Source: an uncultured Oscillospiraceae bacterium
Lineage (GTDB): Bacteria; Bacillota; Clostridia; Oscillospirales; Oscillospiraceae
NCBI GenBank assembly: GCA_944386855.1
Contig: CALXCR010000055.1
Location: 1-55,607 of the forward strand
Direction of reading: 5' to 3'
DNA length: 55,607 nucleotides
The position numbers were made by a program, and so were the translations under genes. The notes under the pieces are model-generated. The model was not told the DNA's origin. It saw nothing but the letters and a program-made list of their open reading frames with translations, and did no database searches. This document shows positions 47,312 to 55,607 of the stretch, piece by piece (the first letter of the stretch is position 1; each line of letters starts with the position of its first letter).

Positions 47312-47808
47312 CTGAATTTGCAAATATTAAAAGTATCTTCATATTTTAAGCAAAATCAGCCCGCGTCCGCCACTATAGAGAGTATGCCTAATCGCGCGGC
47401 GATTAAACCGTCTCTTTTGGTCGTTTTATTTCCGCTTCGAACAAATTAAAGGTGGGCTGGCATAAGGCTCTAAAGCAGTGGTTGCCATCCAGATTATACG
47501 CCGGGCTTTTTGCAGACACAGTCAAATCTACGCTTTTCAGTCTACATATTATCACAGCCCCATGCTGCAATCAACGTATAATTTTAACAGCGTTTTCCGT
47601 TTATCATTTAAATATGCTGCCTTTTACGACAATATATCCCTATTTAAACTTCCTGCTTTTGCGTTTTGCTTATTCGTTAACAATTAATTTCCAAAATATC
47701 ACTTGAACTTCATGGAATAATCATTTACTTTTATTGTATGCGATGCCGCATCACAGATCTTGATTTTGCGGTACGCATTTGACTCAATCTGTTTTAAGGA
47801 GGATAACA

Positions 47809-48888
47809 GTGATACAGGTCAGCCACTTATCGAAAAAGTACGGAAGCCGTACTGCGCTTGACGATGTCTCATTTGATGTTGAAAGCGGGCACATATACGG
47901 ACTTCTCGGCCCAAACGGCGCCGGCAAATCAACTACGATGAACATTATAACCGGCTGTCTTTCTTCGACGGACGGAAAGGTTCTCATAAACGGGTACGAC
48001 ATATTTGAAGAACCCGAAAAGGCGAAAAAATTCGTCGGCTATCTGCCGGAGCAGCCGCCGCTTTATCAGGATATGACCGTAACGGAATATCTCACCTTCG
48101 TCGCCAAAGCAAAAGGCGCTAAAAAATCCGCCATATCTTCTCAGGTTTCGCAGGCGATAGAGAATACGCAGATAAGTGACGTCGCGGGACGGCTTATAAA
48201 GCATCTATCAAAGGGTTACAAACAGCGTGTAGGCATTGCACAGGCGCTTATCGGAAATCCGGAGATCATAATACTCGATGAGCCTACGGTCGGACTTGAT
48301 CCGCTCCAGATCATCGAGATACGCGACCTAATAAAGCAGCTCGGCGCAACGCACACCGTAATACTGAGCAGTCATATACTGTCGGAGGTGCGGGCCGTAT
48401 GTGACCACATAATGATAATCTCCCACGGAAAGCTCGTGGCGAGCGATACGCCTGAAAATCTCGAATCGTTGCTTGCCGGCGCTGTCTCAGTCGACATGAC
48501 GGTAAAAGCTACCGAGGAAGAAGTGCGCACGGCGCTTTCACAGATCGAAACGATATCGGAAATCACCTGCTCTGACGCCGGAGACGGGACGCTGTCCGTC
48601 AGCATCAGAACAGGCGGCACGGAAGATATACGCGAGCGCGTATTTTTTGCCTTCTGCGATATGCGCCGCCCGATCCTGCAGCTTACAACGGCGCGTACAA
48701 GCCTTGAGGATGTATTTTTGGAGCTCACATCCCACGAGCCGTCCGGCGGCGATACCGCCGCATTTGTGGAAACCGCCGGCATAGCATCCGACGGCGATGC
48801 CGGTGCGTCCCACACTGAAGACAACGCCGGCGGTTTAAACGATGGAAGTTTAGATGAGGAGGTACAAAGCGATGAGAGCAATATTTGA
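47809..48888 (+). CDS. ABC transporter ATP-binding protein (ABC-2/GldA-like) with an acidic C-terminal tail
   Basis: The GTG at 47809 lies 6 nt after AAGGAGG. Motifs are Walker A GPNGAGKST, signature LSKGYKQR and Walker B IIILDEPT. The last ~60 residues are D/E/G/A-rich low complexity. Confidence 0.88.
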   Translation: MIQVSHLSKKYGSRTALDDVSFDVESGHIYGLLGPNGAGKSTTMNIITGCLSSTDGKVLINGYDIFEEPEKAKKFVGYLPEQPPLYQDMTVTEYLTFVAKAKGAKKSAISSQVSQAIENTQISDVAGRLIKHLSKGYKQRVGIAQALIGNPEIIILDEPTVGLDPLQIIEIRDLIKQLGATHTVILSSHILSEVRAVCDHIMIISHGKLVASDTPENLESLLAGAVSVDMTVKATEEEVRTALSQIETISEITCSDAGDGTLSVSIRTGGTEDIRERVFFAFCDMRRPILQLTTARTSLEDVFLELTSHEPSGGDTAAFVETAGIASDGDAGASHTEDNAGGLNDGSLDEEVQSDESNI

Positions 48889-49735
48889 GCGCGAGGTAAG
48901 CTCGTACTATAACGGCATACAGGGCTATCTCTGCGGCGCGTTTATCCTCCTTTTTGCAGGGATATACACGATGGGATTCAACCTAACAGACGGCCTCGCC
49001 GCCTTTGAAAGCGTTATGAGCTATATGGATTTCATACTTATAATCGTGATCCCGATACTGACAATGCGCATTATATCTGAGGAACGCAGGCAGAAAACCG
49101 ACCAGCTTCTGTACTCGCTTCCGATGAGCATGACGAAGATCGTTATCGGGAAATATTTTGCGATGCTCGTCGTCCTTATACTTCCGCTGATAGTCATATG
49201 CGCGTATCCGTATATTCTCTCGATGTACGGGGACGTTTCGCTGAAGACAGCGTACAGTGCCATACTCGCTTACTTTTTCCTCAGCGCTGCACTCGCCTCC
49301 ATCGGCATGTTTATATCTTCACTGACGGAAAATCAGGGCATATCCGCGGGTATCTGCTTTATATGCATGCTCGTGATCTACTACGGCTCTACGCTTGCCA
49401 ATTTCATACCCGCAAGCGGCATTGCCTCTCTCGTCGCGGTGGCCTCCGTCATTCTTCTCGTCGGGCTGATACTGAATTCTCTTATTAAAAACATCGCAAT
49501 ATCAGCCGGTGTCACCGCAGTTTTGGAACTGATACTCGGCGGAGCATATCTACTGTCTCCGTCGAGCTTTGAAAACCTGTTCCCGCAGATTGTAAGCGAG
49601 CTGTCCGTTTTCGACCGGTTTTATATATTCACGACCGGTATTTTCGATATCACGTCGCTCGTATACTTTTTATCGATAACTGGTGTCTTTCTGTTTTTGA
49701 CTGTACAATCGCTTGAAAAACGGAGGTGGAACTGA
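48872..49735 (+). CDS. ABC-2 type transporter permease (GldF-like)
   Basis: The ATG at 48872 follows GAGGAGG and overlaps the ATPase gene end. It has six hydrophobic segments and the N-terminus MRAIFEREVSSYY typical of ABC-2 permeases. Confidence 0.7.
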   Translation: MRAIFEREVSSYYNGIQGYLCGAFILLFAGIYTMGFNLTDGLAAFESVMSYMDFILIIVIPILTMRIISEERRQKTDQLLYSLPMSMTKIVIGKYFAMLVVLILPLIVICAYPYILSMYGDVSLKTAYSAILAYFFLSAALASIGMFISSLTENQGISAGICFICMLVIYYGSTLANFIPASGIASLVAVASVILLVGLILNSLIKNIAISAGVTAVLELILGGAYLLSPSSFENLFPQIVSELSVFDRFYIFTTGIFDITSLVYFLSITGVFLFLTVQSLEKRRWN

Positions 49736-51171
49736 TGGGAAAGCTTAAAAACGCATTTAACTCCAAAACCCTGCGTATCGGCGGATACAGCATCATCGCG
49801 GTAGTCGTCGTCATTGCCATCGCCGTCGCGGTCAATATGCTTGTCGCTGAGATACCGCTTAAATACACGCAGTTTGACCTCACGCAAAATGAGATCTTTA
49901 CCGTCTCCGAGCAGACAAGGGAGATTCTCTCTTCAATGGACAAGGACGTTACGGTTTACTGGATAACGCCGCAGGGCTATGAGGATGTGTATGTGCAGAA
50001 GATGCTCGACGTCTACCGCGATCTGACAGACAGGCTTGATGTAGTAAAGATCGACCCTATCCTCTATCCCAGCTTTACTTCCAGCTACACAACCGAAAAG
50101 CTGTATGACAACAGCCTTATTTTCGAGTGCGGAGACCGCAGCATGGTCGTAAATTCGACCGAGATATTCGTATACGACCTGTCAAATTACTATACGACGG
50201 GAGAATACAGCGAAAGCTTTGACGGAGAGAGCCGTATGACGGCGGCGATAAATTATGTCATAAGCGACGATATGCCGATAGTCTATACGCTGACCGGACA
50301 CGGTGAGAGCGATCTGTCCGTCGATATGGAGGACTCGGTCGTAAATCAGAACATAGAAATCCAGTCGCTGTCGCTTCTCACGGAGGGATCTGTCCCTGAC
50401 AACTGCGAATGCCTGTTCATATTGTCGCCGCAGAGCGATATAACCGATTCGGAGCGTGACATAATCGCCGAATACCTCGCAGGCGGTGGAAATATGTTCC
50501 TTATAACGGACTATGTCGATGAAAACGGGCTTCCGAATATAGAGTCCCTTATGTCATCCTACGGTGTTGAGTTAAACGACGGCATCGTAATCGAGGGCTC
50601 TCAGGACTACTGCCTGTACGGCTATGTCCACTACCTCATGCCCTCGCTGTCGTCGCACGAGATAACATCTCCGCTTCTGACAGGCGGATATAATGTTGTA
50701 TTGCCCATTTCGCAGGGGCTTACGATCTCGGATGAACTGCGTGACGGCCTTACGGTCACATCTCTCTTTGAAACGTCCGACGACGCGTATTCAAAAGTCG
50801 CCGGCTATAATATGACGACCTACGACAAGGAGGACGGCGATATAGACGGTCCGTTCTCTCTCGGCGTCGCGATAACCGATGCGTCGGACAGCGCCGAGAC
50901 GAACATCGTATGGATTCCGTCGTCGATGTTCCTCGACGCCGACCCTAACAGCTATTCCTCCGGCGCGAACGAAGATTTGTTTTTAAACGCGCTTAGCTGG
51001 ATGTGCGAAGTTGAGGGAGGCATATCAATACACGCCAAAAGCCTTGACGCCGAACATCTCACGATCCCGGGTTCTGCCAAATCGGTACTGTCGTTTGCGG
51101 TCACTATCTTTATCCCGCTTGTCATGCTCGGCGGCGGTGTGGCGACGGCGATCGTCAGGAGGCGCAAGTGA
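49735..51171 (+). CDS. GldG-like ABC-transporter auxiliary protein (ABC_transp_aux family)
   Basis: The ATG at 49735 overlaps the permease stop (TGATG) and follows GGAGG. It has N- and C-terminal transmembrane anchors around a large extracytoplasmic domain (FDLTQNEIFTVSEQTREIL...). Confidence 0.65.
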   Translation: MGKLKNAFNSKTLRIGGYSIIAVVVVIAIAVAVNMLVAEIPLKYTQFDLTQNEIFTVSEQTREILSSMDKDVTVYWITPQGYEDVYVQKMLDVYRDLTDRLDVVKIDPILYPSFTSSYTTEKLYDNSLIFECGDRSMVVNSTEIFVYDLSNYYTTGEYSESFDGESRMTAAINYVISDDMPIVYTLTGHGESDLSVDMEDSVVNQNIEIQSLSLLTEGSVPDNCECLFILSPQSDITDSERDIIAEYLAGGGNMFLITDYVDENGLPNIESLMSSYGVELNDGIVIEGSQDYCLYGYVHYLMPSLSSHEITSPLLTGGYNVVLPISQGLTISDELRDGLTVTSLFETSDDAYSKVAGYNMTTYDKEDGDIDGPFSLGVAITDASDSAETNIVWIPSSMFLDADPNSYSSGANEDLFLNALSWMCEVEGGISIHAKSLDAEHLTIPGSAKSVLSFAVTIFIPLVMLGGGVATAIVRRRK

Positions 51172-51824
51172 TGAAACGCCAAAAGAAACTCATCTCCCTC
51201 ATCGCAATTCTCGCTGTTGTCGTGGCCGCATATTTCGCCGTGTCTCACTTCACGGATGACGGCACGGACTCCTCGGACGACGGTCAGGCAGATTATATAC
51301 AGGTGTTCAACACAAGCAGAGACAGTATACTTGAGATGTCGTGGGAGTTTTACGACAACAGATACACGCTCGTCCGCGACGACGCGTCGTCCGACTGGTA
51401 CTCCCCTGACGATCCGGAAGCGCAGATCGATCAGACATACGCATCTGCAATGCTGTCCGCCATATATTCCGTCACGGCCACATCGTCGATAGAACCGGCC
51501 GACGAGCTGTCGGAATACGAGCTTGATCCGGCGTTTATGCTTATAACGGTCACGCTCGACACTGGCGAACAATACACTCTGCACATAGGTATGTACTCCA
51601 GCTTTGCAGAGGGGTATTACGCGCTCGACAATGGGGCGGAGGACACGATATACATCATCCCAAGCTCTGTATTTAATGCGTTTTCATACACGATCGACGA
51701 TATCACCGTTGCGGAAGAGGACGCAGAAAACACGCAAGACTCCGACGACGCGGAAAGCACGGATGAGGCGGAAAACTCCGAGAATGCTGACAGCGCCGAC
51801 AGCGCGGAAGGTACGGAGGATTAG
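51171..51824 (+). CDS. DUF4340-like membrane-anchored protein with an acidic low-complexity tail
   Basis: The ATG at 51171 overlaps the preceding stop and follows AGGAGG. It has an N-terminal transmembrane helix (LISLIAILAVVVAAYFAV). The C-terminus EEDAENTQDSDDAESTDEAENSENADSADSAEGTED is low complexity. The DUF4340 assignment rests on gene context and length only. Confidence 0.5.
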   Translation: MKRQKKLISLIAILAVVVAAYFAVSHFTDDGTDSSDDGQADYIQVFNTSRDSILEMSWEFYDNRYTLVRDDASSDWYSPDDPEAQIDQTYASAMLSAIYSVTATSSIEPADELSEYELDPAFMLITVTLDTGEQYTLHIGMYSSFAEGYYALDNGAEDTIYIIPSSVFNAFSYTIDDITVAEEDAENTQDSDDAESTDEAENSENADSADSAEGTED

Positions 51825-51915
51825 ACGGACAGTGACAGCTCCGCCTCCTGAACGACGTTTCAGCTCTGCCGCGCCGGGCTGGAAGGCTTGCGTTTACAAT
51901 TTTAAATAGTCGCGC

Positions 51916-51950
51916 AAAAGCGCACCGCGGTTTTTCCGCGGTGCGCTTTT
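51916..51950. terminator. Bidirectional intrinsic terminator
   Basis: A perfect palindrome, AAAAGCGCACCGCGG - TTTTT - CCGCGGTGCGCTTTT, lies between convergent genes. Confidence 0.75.
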
Positions 51951-51990
51951 AATATTACTGTATAGATTATGGATAATGGGTTTTGCGTTA

Positions 51991-53232
51991 TCAGAACCTC
52001 TCAAAAAACTCGAACGTCTCCTCGAGCACATATGTCCACGCATCGGGGTGCTGTCCTCCGCCGACTCTTATAAGTTCACACGCCTTGTGACCTTTTTTGA
52101 TAAGCTGATTGTAGCCGTACTCTATATGGTCAAAGCCGTGGTAATCCTCCGTGCCGCCTACCATGCGTATCGGAAGCCCCTTAAGCGGTTCGACATCGAA
52201 ATACTCAAGGTCGGGGCATCCGCCGGAGGGTGAGAGCGCCCTGAAAAGTCCCTGGTGGATAGTGGGCAGGTAGAACGTGCCTATCGCGCCCATGGAATTG
52301 CCCATAAGGAAGATATGGCTTTTATCGATATTATACTTATTGAGCGTGAGCTCTAGCGCGTGCATTACGCAGCGCTCCTCGATGTGGTTTTCGTGCATTT
52401 TCTCCTCGGAAAGCCCCATCGGGTTTTTCGGGTCATATCCGGGCTTCGGCTCGTTGCCCAAAATATTCTGTCTCGTCGGCACGGGGCATCCGTAACTTCC
52501 GCCCTTAGGGCCTGCATTCGGAAGCAGCAGTATGTAGTTGTATTTTTCGGCGTAAAACTGTATTTTATTGTTGCACAGGGTGTAGATAAACTGCTCGCCC
52601 TTACCGCCGCCGTGTATCACCATTATCATTTTCGACGGGATATCGGGGTTATACGTCGTCGGGATATACAGGCTGTACGGTATCACCTTGTCTATCTCGT
52701 CCGACCAGAACGCCTCGTATAGCTCTCCCCTGTCCTTGCCGCGCATGGCGACGTTTATCGTGCTGAAATATGTGTCGACGACGGGGACGCTGTCGGCGTT
52801 GCTTATGAGCACCAGCGTATTTTTCCTCGGCCAGCGCATCGGGTCGATATTTAGAGTCCCGTCTTTTGTGCACATGACAAGCTTCGAAAACGCGAGCTTC
52901 ATGACATTACCCGCCGGCACCCAGATATCACCGTCGACAAGCCGTACCGCAAATGGCATCTCGATCTTTTCGCCGTCGACGTCCATTACATTGCTGTCAG
53001 GCGCAAGACGCACTGTCTTGCCGTCGTATCTGATTGTCGCGCCTTTTTCATCCTCCTCAACTGTCATATACGGCGCCCATACTTTGCGCAGGTCGGACAG
53101 CGCGACCAAAACGTCCGTGCCAAGGTCTTTCGGTGCGGCCTTCAGTGCAAACTGGTTTCTGTCCATAAAAACATTCTCGTACCCGTCTAGGAACATTGCG
53201 GTCGTTAAATCGTAAAAATACTCCGGAAACAT
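51991..53232 (-). CDS. Alpha/beta-hydrolase esterase with an N-terminal copper-amine-oxidase-N-like (stalk) domain
   Basis: 413-aa ORF with RBS AGGAGG. The C-terminal half has VIHGGGKG (oxyanion-type) and the nucleophile elbow GNSMG. The N-terminal ~130 aa resemble the beta-rich domain often seen in secreted Clostridial proteins, but no signal peptide is visible. Confidence 0.6.
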   Translation of the reverse strand: MFPEYFYDLTTAMFLDGYENVFMDRNQFALKAAPKDLGTDVLVALSDLRKVWAPYMTVEEDEKGATIRYDGKTVRLAPDSNVMDVDGEKIEMPFAVRLVDGDIWVPAGNVMKLAFSKLVMCTKDGTLNIDPMRWPRKNTLVLISNADSVPVVDTYFSTINVAMRGKDRGELYEAFWSDEIDKVIPYSLYIPTTYNPDIPSKMIMVIHGGGKGEQFIYTLCNNKIQFYAEKYNYILLLPNAGPKGGSYGCPVPTRQNILGNEPKPGYDPKNPMGLSEEKMHENHIEERCVMHALELTLNKYNIDKSHIFLMGNSMGAIGTFYLPTIHQGLFRALSPSGGCPDLEYFDVEPLKGLPIRMVGGTEDYHGFDHIEYGYNQLIKKGHKACELIRVGGGQHPDAWTYVLEETFEFFERF

Positions 53233-53407
53233 CTTTTGTCCTCCTGAAAACAGATTTTAATCATAAATACCAGTAACCATTATCACATATTTTTTCGCTT
53301 GATGCAATAAATTTTACAGATTTTGTAAAAAATATTTTTTAATTGTGGTTTTTACGCCTATATAGCGGTTTGGAGACGTTTTCTGCCTGCCCGGCGTCAC
53401 TTTTTTA

Positions 53408-53436
53408 TTGATATTGGTTGAAAAATGCTGTATAGT
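53408..53436 (+). promoter_or_regulatory. Candidate promoter of the amidohydrolase gene
   Basis: TTGATA (53408..53413), 17 nt, TATAGT (53431..53436). Confidence 0.5.
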
Positions 53437-53467
53437 ATGACTGAAACCAAACAGGAGAAAATTTACC

Positions 53468-54280
53468 ATGGCAATCACCAGAAACGGCGCGGAGTATAAG
53501 GTTGCGGACGCGCACACACATATCTACCCGCATAAGATAGCCGATAAGGCGACGGCCGCCGTTGGCGCGTTTTACGGGCTTCCGATGGAGCTTGTCGGCT
53601 CGTCGGAGGAACTTAAAGCAAGCGGCAGCGCCGCCGGGATAGACCGATATCTTGTCTGCTCCGTCGCGACAAAGCACGAGCAGGTTTCGAGCATAAACGA
53701 TTTTATCGCAGAGGAGTGCCGTCAGCACCCGGAGTTTGTGGGCTTCGGCGCGTTCCATCAGGATCTGCCCGACTTTGACAAGGCAATAGAAAGCATTATA
53801 ACTCACGGGTTTCGCGGTATAAAAATGCACCCGGATTTTCAGCGTTTCAATATCGATGCCCCTGAGATGATGCCGGCATATAAGGCGATCGCAGAGGCCG
53901 GACTTATTATTTTGTTCCATATGGGCGACGACAGATATGATTACTCGCGTCCGTCACGTCTGATCCGCGTATTGGATAAGATCCCCGAGCTTAAATGTAT
54001 TGCGGCGCATTTCGGCGGATACCGCAAGTGGCACGATGCGTTTCCGATCCTCCGCGACGCCGACGTGCATCTAGACACGTCGAGCAGTCTTGCGTTTATC
54101 GAGCCGGAATTCGCCGCCGATATGGTGCGCGGTTACGGCGTCGATAAGATGATGTTCGGCACCGATTTCCCGATGTGGACGCCGGAGCTGGAGCTTGACC
54201 GCTTTTTCGCACTGGGGCTCACCGAGGACGAAAACAGGAAAGTGCTTTTTGATAACTTTGAAAATCTGCTGTTAAAATAG
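53468..54280 (+). CDS. Amidohydrolase-2 family (TIM-barrel metal-dependent hydrolase)
   Basis: 270-aa ORF with RBS AGGAG. It has DAHTHIYP at the N-terminus, later GIKMHPDFQ, ILFHMGDD and FGTDFP motifs. Confidence 0.8.
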   Translation: MAITRNGAEYKVADAHTHIYPHKIADKATAAVGAFYGLPMELVGSSEELKASGSAAGIDRYLVCSVATKHEQVSSINDFIAEECRQHPEFVGFGAFHQDLPDFDKAIESIITHGFRGIKMHPDFQRFNIDAPEMMPAYKAIAEAGLIILFHMGDDRYDYSRPSRLIRVLDKIPELKCIAAHFGGYRKWHDAFPILRDADVHLDTSSSLAFIEPEFAADMVRGYGVDKMMFGTDFPMWTPELELDRFFALGLTEDENRKVLFDNFENLLLK

Positions 54281-54348
54281 CGGGTTGGCGGTTTTCGCCT
54301 ACGGGCGTCGTCTGTAAAACCCGCTCCCGCGCAAGCAGAGCTTTAGAA

Positions 54349-54395
54349 CCCGAAACGTAACAGCCGGTACGGTATAACCGTACCGGCTCTATTTT
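54349..54395 (+). repeat. 47-nt hairpin repeat, copy 1 (works as the plus-strand terminator of the amidohydrolase gene)
   Basis: CCCGAAACGTAAcAGCCGGTACGG-TATAA-CCGTACCGGCTcTATTTT: an 11-bp stem plus a T-run. It is identical to copy 2 at 45 of 47 positions. Confidence 0.75.
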
Positions 54396-54469
54396 TGACT
54401 TTTGATGCCATGTGCTACAATGCAATATAGTTTTGCCCGTATTTGCGCGTTGCTCACGCTTTAAACGCG

Positions 54470-55219
54470 TTATCGGAGGCCGAGCGTTGCCGCCAATTCA
54501 TCGAGATAATCGATATGCGCACGGCTTGCCCCATAAATCGTAACATATCCGTCCTGCTCCGCCGTGATATCCTGTCCCGCGTAGACGAGCCGCTCACCTT
54601 TTTTCAAATATACTTTTCTTCCATTGACAACCGCGTCGTTATATTCGCCCATCGCGGTCTGATAGTACTGCTCAAATAGCTCTTTCGCTTTTTCCATATC
54701 ACCCAAATGCCCGTATATCATCGCTTCCTCAAGCGAGAGCTTGTTTCTGTTGAACAAATCAAAGTTCGGGTAGTCTCTGCGGCACGCAAGGATGTTCTCT
54801 CTTGACAAAAGCACATCAAAAACCGGCATCACCTTATTTTCGATATCGTCGATTATCTCATACTGTATTTTCTCAGCGTCTTCCCGCAAATCAAAGCATT
54901 TCTCCTGTCCTCCGTCAATACTGCCCAGCCTGGAACGAATGGAGCACTCGTACTCATGGTAGTATCTTTTTATGGGCTTTTTGAGTATAAAAGCTCTTTC
55001 CGAACACTCGGGAATCCGAATCCCGAGATTTACCCACATCCTGTGCGTCTCACCGCGGTAAGCCTGCCCGCACTGAAAATTTATCACCTGCGAAATATCT
55101 CCGGAGACAAAGCGATGCAGAGTCCTCCCGTGTTTTTTAAAGCCGTATGCCCTGATTGCTTTATAGACGCCGTTTTCTATCTTATCGATACGGAGCGTTA
55201 TTTCTAGTTTTTCTTTCAT
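54470..55219 (-). CDS. Hypothetical protein (N-terminal part possibly DUF4304-like)
   Basis: 249-aa ORF with RBS GAGGTG. I recognise no catalytic motif, and the family guess is weak. Confidence 0.55.
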   Translation of the reverse strand: MKEKLEITLRIDKIENGVYKAIRAYGFKKHGRTLHRFVSGDISQVINFQCGQAYRGETHRMWVNLGIRIPECSERAFILKKPIKRYYHEYECSIRSRLGSIDGGQEKCFDLREDAEKIQYEIIDDIENKVMPVFDVLLSRENILACRRDYPNFDLFNRNKLSLEEAMIYGHLGDMEKAKELFEQYYQTAMGEYNDAVVNGRKVYLKKGERLVYAGQDITAEQDGYVTIYGASRAHIDYLDELAATLGLR

Positions 55220-55333
55220 AATTCACCTCGCAACTGCTTTTACGGTCTAACTGTATAGAGCATAACAGAACAGCACAAAAATTTCCACTGAAAACGTAAA
55301 ATATTCCGTCAAACCGCGGCTTCTAGGAAAGCG

Positions 55334-55380
55334 CCCGAAACGTAAAAGCCGGTACGGTATAACCGTACCGGCTTTATTTT
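55334..55380 (+). repeat. 47-nt hairpin repeat, copy 2
   Basis: CCCGAAACGTAAaAGCCGGTACGG-TATAA-CCGTACCGGCTtTATTTT, in the same orientation as copy 1 and 985 bp downstream of it. No plus-strand gene ends here. Confidence 0.75.
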
Positions 55381-55483
55381 GCTTGTCCTGTTTTCGAAAC
55401 ACGAATGAATGGTTTTATGCAGGCGGCACGACCGCCGCATCGGCCGTCTTTGCTATCTCCTCAATAAATGGGAAGCTGGCAAT

Positions 55484-55606
55484 TTAAGTTTCGTCCAAAT
55501 ATATTTCTACTTTGATGTATTCTTTATTTTTTGCATAGGCAAAAACTTCTGATTTTCTAATGTAGTCAAATATATTTCCACTTAAATCTTCGTCCCATGT
55601 TGCTTC
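55484..55606 (-). CDS. 3' end of a gene running off the window (partial, unknown function)
   Basis: The minus-strand frame reads ...EATWDEDLSGNIFDYIRKSEVFAYAKNKEYIKVEIYLDET, then TAA at 55484..55486. The region is AT-rich. It is too short to appear in the ORF track and is supported only by an open frame of 40 codons. Confidence 0.3.
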   Translation of the reverse strand, partial: EATWDEDLSGNIFDYIRKSEVFAYAKNKEYIKVEIYLDET

Positions 55607-55607
55607 A

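Noticed and set aside
47452-47706. An 84-aa ORF (and the overlapping 69-aa ORF 47478..47687) in the long intergenic region.
   Set aside because: It uses a non-ATG start without an RBS, the composition is odd (F/L/Y-rich, driven by AT-rich DNA), and there are no motifs. It is treated as non-coding.
1-55607. Search for rRNA, tRNA, CRISPR arrays, transposases, integrases, and classical island boundaries (tRNA-adjacent direct repeats) around the low-GC block.
   Set aside because: By eye, no intergenic segment shows a cloverleaf-like tRNA sequence. I found no regularly spaced direct repeats and no ORF with DDE, tyrosine- or serine-recombinase hallmarks. The low-GC block is therefore reported as a recombined glycan cassette, not as a mobile element. 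A tRNAscan or Infernal run would be needed to exclude RNA genes formally.

Overview
The window looks like a chromosomal segment of a moderately high-GC Firmicute, probably Clostridia-like. This is inferred from GGAGG-type ribosome-binding sites (RBS), glgD, secG, lepA, a stand-alone pduL and Gram-positive-type LCP and Wzz genes.

Layout:
- 1-4.3 kb: housekeeping genes (pgeF, an orphan family-5 solute-binding lipoprotein, cdd, a ferritin-like protein, rsmE).
- 4.4-15.7 kb: a glycogen operon, glgB-glgP-glgC-glgD-glgA, ending in one 1066-aa GH13 / GH77 (4-alpha-glucanotransferase) fusion ORF.
- 15.8-25.1 kb: mixed genes. These are an ECF S-component behind a riboswitch-like leader, two lower-GC genes of unknown function, an XRE-lepA-DUF3842 string, pduL, secG, tatD, an anion permease and a TauE-like exporter.
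- 25.3-47.1 kb: a cell-surface polysaccharide region.
  - It starts with LCP and a Wzz-like protein.
  - An HTH-S24 repressor / small ORF / Y-family polymerase cassette follows.
  - The rest is a ~16-kb minus-strand Wzx/Wzy-type operon. Its order is priming transferase, ugd, phosphosugar mutase, manC, manA, glycosyltransferases, Wzy, acetyltransferase, Wzx.
  - The distal ~9.6 kb of that operon (about 31.2-40.8 kb) is sharply AT-rich. It contains a frameshifted GT4 gene and a decayed remnant of a GT4 paralog.
- 47.8-51.8 kb: a divergent ABC ATPase / ABC-2 permease / GldG-like / DUF4340-like module.
- 52-55.6 kb: an esterase, an amidohydrolase and a hypothetical gene bracketed by two copies of a 47-nt hairpin repeat. 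A low-GC partial ORF sits at the window edge.

I recognised no rRNA, tRNA, CRISPR array, transposase or integrase. I also do not see an unambiguous new system such as a defence island. The best candidates for follow-up are:
- the unclassified terminator/antiterminator leader in front of the ECF S-component;
- the S24 / small-ORF / Y-family polymerase cassette;
- the Wzz protein with a degenerate kinase-like tail;
- the homopolymer-associated glycosyltransferase decay in the low-GC block;
- the duplicated hairpin repeats.

All family assignments come from reading the translated ORFs by eye. No database search was run.
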